This document shows, piece after piece, positions 57,318 to 64,000 of a stretch of DNA of 64,000 bases (positions are counted from its first letter, which is position 1; each line of letters opens with the position of its first letter). This stretch comes from Rhizodiscina lignyota (lineage: Eukaryota): assembly GCA_010015805.1 (NCBI GenBank), contig ML978127.1, positions 124,001 through 188,000 on the forward strand. Direction: 5' to 3'. Position numbers and translations under genes: made by a program. The notes beneath the pieces are model-generated. The model did not search any database. It had not been told where the DNA came from and saw only the letters and a program-made list of their open reading frames with translations.

Positions 57318-58271
57318 TTATAAACGTCCTTCCGCGTCCTTACCCATAAGCCTCTTGAAAGTCTCAATGCTACCTGGCACTTCAATCCAAGCATCGTATG
57401 TATCCGGCATCAATGTCCATATTCGCTTCGCCCACTCCCTAGCATCTGCAGGAATCCAATCTATGTCGCTGATGAATACAGATATGCGATGAATCTGGCT
57501 CTGAAGCTCCTCGACCGCATTGCGCATAGTTTCTCCGCCGTTGCTTGACGTCCTGCTGAGGAGAATTCTACTGCGGATAATTGGGCTCCGTAGAACATTT
57601 ACTTGGATGTTGTCGAGAATCTCTTGTGGAACTTTAGGGCCGATCAATGCGATCGAGGCCTCCAACGCTTCAAGGTCTTGCAGCATCTTGATCTTTATCA
57701 GAAGTGTCGCGCTAAGTGCACTTGGAGAGAAAGACTCTTCCTTCAAAAGAAAATCTGGCGCCTCGAAAGCATCCGCATCTTGAACGTCAAGATATCGCTC
57801 GTCCGGTTGGGCGGTTCTCGCTGTCCACCACTTGATGAAGTCATATGCGTCTTGATCCTCGTCAAGTCGGAGCAGCAGAAAGGGCACACGCTCACCTTCG
57901 CTCGTAGACCCGAGCCGGATATTGCCCTGGAGGTGGTGCAGTTGGGTGTGCACTGAGTCTCGAGTCTTGATGAGCCCTAATGCGTCGACGAGCGCGAGAC
58001 GTTTGCGCATGCAGTCTAGCCTTGGGCCAGCTACGCGGCCACTCCAGTAATCATCACCGGGATAGGAGCGAATTCTCTGTTGCGCGGAATTGAGCTCATC
58101 AAGGCTACATTTGATGGCCTTACATCGAGTTTTGTGTGACTGGAAGTCCCTGATCTGGTGCTCGTTGCTGCAATATTGGACTGCACGGCATCGCGAACAG
58201 AGTTGGAGGAGTGAGATGTTCTGGCAAATGTGACAGCCGGATATGAGGCCGTCTCTGTACTCGACAGCCAT
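57318..58271 (-). CDS. MYND zinc-finger domain protein
   Basis: CHIC...LCSRCRAVQYCSNEHQIRDFQSHKTRC, followed by the LLLRLDEDQDAYDFIKWW motif. Single exon. Confidence 0.85.
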   Translation of the reverse strand: MAVEYRDGLISGCHICQNISLLQLCSRCRAVQYCSNEHQIRDFQSHKTRCKAIKCSLDELNSAQQRIRSYPGDDYWSGRVAGPRLDCMRKRLALVDALGLIKTRDSVHTQLHHLQGNIRLGSTSEGERVPFLLLRLDEDQDAYDFIKWWTARTAQPDERYLDVQDADAFEAPDFLLKEESFSPSALSATLLIKIKMLQDLEALEASIALIGPKVPQEILDNIQVNVLRSPIIRSRILLSRTSSNGGETMRNAVEELQSQIHRISVFISDIDWIPADAREWAKRIWTLMPDTYDAWIEVPGSIETFKRLMGKDAEGRL

Positions 58272-59493
58272 GGCTCCTCCTCTGGAAGTTTGATGGCTAA
58301 ATTGTATGACTAGATATTTTGAGATGGATTTGTAGGGCGAGAAATATGAAGTTGGCTATGGCTCAACATTTCAACAACGCCTAAGCGTTGGGCCAGCAGA
58401 ATCCAATGAGAGAAATTCAGTTAGTCAGAGTGATAACAGCCACATCACTCATGATAGCAAGTCATCCCCAGTGATCCAGTGGACGCGTCGAAATGCCGCA
58501 ACGCGATTAATGAAATGTAACTATTCAGGAGAGAGAAACAAGTCGCAAGAAGAGTGCCACACCGCGAGATCTCGAAAAAGCCGCGACTTAATCTCTCATA
58601 GATGCATGGGTTGATAGTAAATCTTTTGATGATAAAATAAACCCGCTCAACGCCTTATGATCCATTTAAGACAGTACATGGACCTCTCACGTTTGCACGT
58701 CAAATTGTAAATAGGTACGGAGTATGGAGTAGAGAAAAAAGCCACTAAATTTTCCCTGAATGTAATGTTCCGAAATTAAACCGGGGTAGATCCGACGGAG
58801 TGGCTGGAAGACTTTGCACAAATGAGGCAGAAGGCTCCAGACCGCGAAACATCTGCGACAAGACGTTGATCTTCACCATTACGAAGTCATGAGCTCGTCT
58901 CCCAGCGTTGCATGTCAGATGTACAAATTATTGAATGGGTCCGTCCAATACTTCGAGTTAGACGAGCCAGCCTGCAAAACGCATCCGCGAAGTACCCGCC
59001 ACCTTCTCTACATGACGCGCGGCATCATATACGAGACCTTCTGAACAAATGTTTCATTTGCGAAAGGCAGTCCACTTGTTTAACGTTGCATCTCCCACAG
59101 CTCTATAGGTCCCTTTCGACAGCGTAGCGCTAGGTATGCGCGGCCCCAGCCGATTTCTGATTGGCCTGGTGCTAAATGCAGCCTCGTTATTGCTGAGGCA
59201 CAGCAGCCAATCCTTTCACCAAAGACCTTTGTTCATTGTGCACAGCCTCTTAATGCAGGTCCATAACGACACTGACATCACGCATGTGCAACAGATCCCA
59301 GTAAGACGGGATTTTTGAAGATCTTTTATAAATTCGCAAGGTTGCGCACAACATTTTGCATCGATCAGCATCACGGCCAACCACCACGTTTCAGATCCAG
59401 CCTCTCTTCATATCTTCTATAAACGCCTTTAATATTTAACCAACATCTTTTAATATCTGATTTCCTTCAATATTCTCAACCTCAAAGTCCAAA

Positions 59494-59871
59494 ATGAAGA
59501 CCTCAACGATCCTCTCGACCTTTGCCGCGAGCCTTGCAGCTGCCTCACCTCTCGTTCAGCGCAATGCCACACCAAGCGTCGAGATCCTCGCGTACACTGC
59601 CGGTATCAACAATCCTAACGGCAGCACTCAAACCATCACCGTCAAACTCAATCAGCTCCAGTACTCCTCTCTTGAGGTTACGAAGCTACAAGTCAGCAAC
59701 GACAACGGAGCTGGCGGTATCAACTCGAACTTCGTCGAATGCCGCATGTATAAGGACGCTGCGGGCACACAAGTGGGCAGTCTCCCATTCAACACGACGG
59801 ACCCAGCCCTCATCTCGACCAACACCGTCTCGATTGGCAGCCTGCTGTGCTATGTTATCAAGAACTCATAG
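59494..59871 (+). CDS. Small secreted protein (125 aa, 2 Cys)
   Basis: Signal peptide MKTSTILSTFAASLAAASPLVQR, good AAAATG start context, biased codon use, and TATAAA near 59327. Confidence 0.8.
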   Translation: MKTSTILSTFAASLAAASPLVQRNATPSVEILAYTAGINNPNGSTQTITVKLNQLQYSSLEVTKLQVSNDNGAGGINSNFVECRMYKDAAGTQVGSLPFNTTDPALISTNTVSIGSLLCYVIKNS

Positions 59872-60332
59872 GAAGATCACGTGATGTTCCTCAAAACGAG
59901 AACCAACTTCAGCGAGAAGCTCATGAGACGCATTTTGATGAACGGGATAAAGGCGATGAATCGGCTAAACTGGGGGATGTACTAATACTTGCATGGGAAG
60001 GCGTTAGTAGGCTTTGGAATTGATCTTGCATCTCGGCTGGGAATTCGGAGGATGAACTGGCATGACCAACCAACATAATACTCACTCACTCACTTATGAT
60101 AGCCACGATCCTTAATAGAATTAATTTTCATGAAACTACTACTTGGAAGTAGATCTGTTTGCTGGTGCTTCTCGTTGAAACGAGCTGACTTTTCACATTA
60201 ACACTATCTCCCGTCAGTTTGTCTCTTGACTACGGTGCGGGAGCGAATACTGCACGCCCAAATTTGCCATGCGCAACAACTTGTATTCCACCCACATTAC
60301 GAAGAGAACTCAGACATACATACCTCCACAAG

Positions 60333-61497
60333 ATGAGCTGCGACAGAGGGAGCCTAGATGCTTACGCAAAGCCTCCGGAAAGTCTCCGCACAGTGTTCAA
60401 GAAATATCAGCACATGAAAACGGAGGAGCTGGATGCAGACGAAGACATTTTAGACTTCGCGAAAAAGGCTGTCGGGCAGCAAGAGAAGGCTTTCAGATCT
60501 GATATTGCATACGAAAATAGTTATCTCAGCACTGTTCTTGATCCTTTTGTTGGTAGATCAGTGCATGGGGCCCATGACGACCTGAGAAGGTATGAAAGTG
60601 TGGATGTGCCAGGTAAGGCTCTAGCTATTTTATTCATGTATCCTCTGTAAACGCATTTATATTCAATGTTGCTTTCTCGCAAATGACGCCATCTCATACG
60701 TTGTACTATATATCTAAGCTCGATGTACTTATGCTCTCGTAGGTCTCACAATAATCCCATTTTGCCTCCCACTCGAAGTCCAGTCCATTCTCCTGTCACG
60801 GCTGCTCCACCGTGACCTGTCAAATCCGGCACACAAGACAAACGTCCACTTCCACCATGACGTTCCCTATCCGCCACCGTCAACATCATTCTTCTCATTT
60901 CCCCCGTCCTCCGACCTTGCCTTCCCGCCTCTCAGCAACGAGCACAAGCCGTTTTCCCTCCCGGCTTTCTTGAACAAGAAGCTTCGCTGGGTCACTCTCG
61001 GTGGGCAATACGACTGGACGCTCAAGCGCTACCCGACCGAATCACCGCCGGAATTTCCAAAGGATGTTGGGGGCTTGGTGGAGGGGCTGTTTCCAGAGAT
61101 GAAAGCTCAGGCTGCGATTGTGAACTTCTACAGTCCAGGGGATACACTGAGTATGCATCGGGATGTGAGCGAAGAATGTGACAGAGGGCTTGTAAGTGTG
61201 AGCTTGGGCTGTGATGGACTGTTTGTGATCGGCTTTGATGCCGAGGGGGAAGGGCTTAAGGGAACGAAGCATGTGGTTGTGAGACTGCGGTCAGGAGACG
61301 CAGTGTACATGGAAGGGAAGGCCAGATTTGCATGGCATGGTGTACCTAAGGTGATAGCAGGGACATGTCCGGAGGCATTGAAAAATTGGCCTGCTTGTAA
61401 TGTGCCTTCGGAGAGCGAAGTTTCTTCGCACGAGCACTGGAAGGGATGGCTGGAGAACAAGAGAATCAATTTGAATGTGAGGCAAATGAGAGATTAG
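60333..61497 (+). CDS. AlkB-family 2OG-Fe(II) dioxygenase (ALKBH1-like) (2 exons)
   Basis: KLRWVTLGGQYDW, AAIVNFYSPGDTLSMHRD (HxD), WHGV and KRINLNVRQ motifs. Intron 60613-60742. Confidence 0.92.
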
Positions 61498-61590
61498 GAG
61501 CTAGTGTAATCTATGTACTGCCGCATTCAAAGAGCAATTCAAGATCAATATAATGCCCGTAGTTAAAGAGGCGTGTTCGTTTTGCTCTGA

Positions 61591-62276
61591 TCATCCCGAA
61601 CGTGATAGGGTTCCAAAGGTTATCTTGCTCTTGTATTCCAGGGAGACGAGTTCACCGATTATTTCGGTTTCATGGAACGTCCTTCGTGGATTAGTTGGCA
61701 GCACCGCGGAGAAATGGGATAAGATATTGGGCTGGAATAGTTGTGATATCGCGAGAGGCGTGATCACCCCGCTCAAAAGGGAGAGCGAGGCCTGGAGGTT
61801 CGGGTATAAAATCGGGACATGCAGGGACCGCAGCCACACGCGCTCAACTCCGACGCCAGGGACGCGTCTCACCTGCTGCTCAAACAGAGCATTCGCCTTC
61901 TGTACCTTTAACATAATGAACACAATGAGTTACCTTGATCTTGAATTATTCAATCGGAAGGTGGCCAAGCCTATTATAATGTCTCCATTCAGTCAAAAAC
62001 GCCGAACACCTTCTGAGTTGGGACGGGTCCATGTTGCCGGAGGAGCACCGATGTCGCCCGTCGTTGACAGCTATCAATCGACCCCGCTAGGATAGCTTCC
62101 CACCTCCGTTTGATACTCTTTGTCATGAGAAAGTCCTCGGCCCTGCATGAGTCTTGCGTATCAATCGAGCCGATGCGGGCATACGCGATAGAGCATTTTC
62201 TGCTTGCAGAATCAGGTAAAGTATGGCTGGTATAAGAGATTCCAATTCCTTTCCTGTCTCTACTCCACCTCCTCAC
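61591..62276 (-). pseudogene. Possible degenerate aminoglycoside-phosphotransferase/kinase-like (APH family) relic
   Basis: Stop-interrupted fragments LLRQHGPVPTQKVFG and RRVPGVGVERVW resemble consecutive APH-family N-lobe motifs. No catalytic HGD motif found. Confidence 0.3.
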
Positions 62277-62455
62277 AAGTACAGAAGCCCTCCTCCCAAT
62301 CTTGGGTATACTGAACCAGCGCTTTCTTCAGTGAGGGACGGTCCTGCCTTTGACTGCCGACATTCTATATTCGACCGTTTACCAAGTCGGGAGCGTGTAT
62401 CTAGCCAAGCAAGGGAGCATTAAGACTGCGTGTAGAACCGGCTACAAGCTACAAT

Positions 62456-64000
62456 ATGACAGCTAGTTGGGAGCAGACGGCTACGGCAAAGCGTAATGCC
62501 ATATATGAGAAGATCCCACAGGAATGGCGCCTTGCGAAGATTCCCACTGCCGAAGAACAGAAAGATGTTACAGGCACATATGTCCATCAATTCCTATCGG
62601 AGAAGGAAATAGAGATAACTGAGACGGATGCTGTTGGTATTGTCGAGAAGACGACGAGTGGGGCGTGGACAGCGGTGGAAGTAACTAAGGCATTCTGTCA
62701 TAGAGCTGCAATTGCTCACCAGCTTGTATGTGCAGAATACTTCATCCTGAGCCTGGAGTCTCTTCGAGGACAGTGCTAATACGATGGCTTTACAGCTCAA
62801 CTGCCTCCTCGAAATATTCTTCGACGCTGCTATTGCCGATGCACAAGCCTACGACGACTACTTTGCGAAGAACAAAGCTCCCATCGGCCCCTTGCACGGT
62901 CTCCCAGTCTCTCTGAAAGATCAGTTCCATGTCAAGGGCGTGGAGACTTCAATGGGATATGTTGGCTGGATTGGTACATTTGAGGGCAAGAAAGGGACGG
63001 GCAAGGAGAAGGTCTTCGAGTCTCTGATGACAACGGAACTGAAAGATCTCGGTGCAGTGCTTTACTGCAAGACAAGTGTGCCGATGACACTGATGACTGG
63101 CGAAACGATCAATAATATCGTAGGCTTCTGCTTGAACCCGAAAGACAGGTTTCTGAGTGCTGGTGGGAGTTCCGGTGGTGAAGGAGCTCTAGTGGGATTT
63201 AAGGGAAGTCCTGTAGGCTTTGGAACAGATATTGGTGGCGTGAGTGGTTCCATACGCTATGATTTGTTGCCAGCTGATCGCATCTAGTCAATCCGAATTC
63301 CTGCTGCATTCAATGGTATGTACGGCCTTAGGCCATCAGCGGGACGTTTACCATACGAGGGCATGGCGAATAGCTGGGATGGACAGAATACCATCTTGTC
63401 TGTTGTTGGGCCAATCGCGACATCGGCACGTTCGCTCAAGTTGCTCGCCAAATCTATCTTATCGACCAAGCCATGGCTCCACGACCCGCTTGTACACGAG
63501 CTGCCATGGCGGCCTGAACAAGAGCAAATCGATACAAGCAAGTTGACGTTTGGCGTCATCAAGCACGATGGTATTGTTACACCCACCCCACCAGTACGAA
63601 GAGCGGTGGACATGGTCGTAAAAGCGCTCGAAAAGAGCAGCCATGAGGTAAAGTCTGGATATGTCTGCAGCAATTCTCCTTTTAGCTAATTGGCTTAGGT
63701 CATTGATTGGTCTCCCACACCTAATCACGAAGCGATTCTCAAAACCGCTTTCAAAACCTGGATTTATGATGGCGCAGCGCACGCACATGAGTCTTACGCG
63801 CTGTCCGGCGAGCCTGCCGTACCGCAGTTGGCCAACTTCGGTGACGAGCCGGGACCCCAGTACAACGCGTCACAGATTGCGGCTGTCAATGTAACGAAGC
63901 GCCAACAACAGAAGGAATACATGGAGTATTGGAACTCAACTGCAAGCAAGACGAAGAGCGGAGCACCTGTCGACGTAGTGATATCCCCCGTTGCCCCATA
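62456..64000 (+). CDS. Amidase signature family (acetamidase-like), 3'-truncated by the window edge
   Basis: GPLHGLPVSLKD, GGSSGGEGAL, GTDIGG|SIRIPAAFNG and YGLRPS motifs. At least three introns. Confidence 0.93.

Overview
Gene-dense, intron-containing nuclear DNA from a filamentous ascomycete (Pezizomycotina; GT-AG introns with CTRAC branch points, NimX-type CDK1). About 27 protein-coding genes are supported, mostly housekeeping or metabolic: ABD1 (partial), PEX11, a GIT1-like MFS transporter, two divergent RING-finger genes, 3-phosphoglycerate dehydrogenase, glyoxalase I, a Roadblock/LAMTOR-like protein, Zn-alcohol dehydrogenase, MET10, an SDR, ICP55, a SIRT5-type sirtuin, a laccase, a nucleotide-sugar transporter, a GST, a PDR-type ABC transporter, a P450, CDK1, a MYND protein, a small secreted protein, AlkB and an amidase (partial). 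No tRNA, rRNA, CRISPR array or intact transposon was seen. Three things stand out. (1) An unannotated, highly base-paired minus-strand element at 34.1-35.2 kb that looks like a large H/ACA-type RNA, closed by a 29-nt long-range stem and carrying bipartite complementarity to conserved 18S rRNA. (2) A laccase fused to a hevein/CBM18-like domain through a (PSGTG)n linker, with Trp at the T1-copper axial position. (3) A GST-ABCG-P450 neighbourhood with a CGG-N12-CCG element in the shared promoter. Exon boundaries were read by eye and family assignments come from motif recognition, not database searches.
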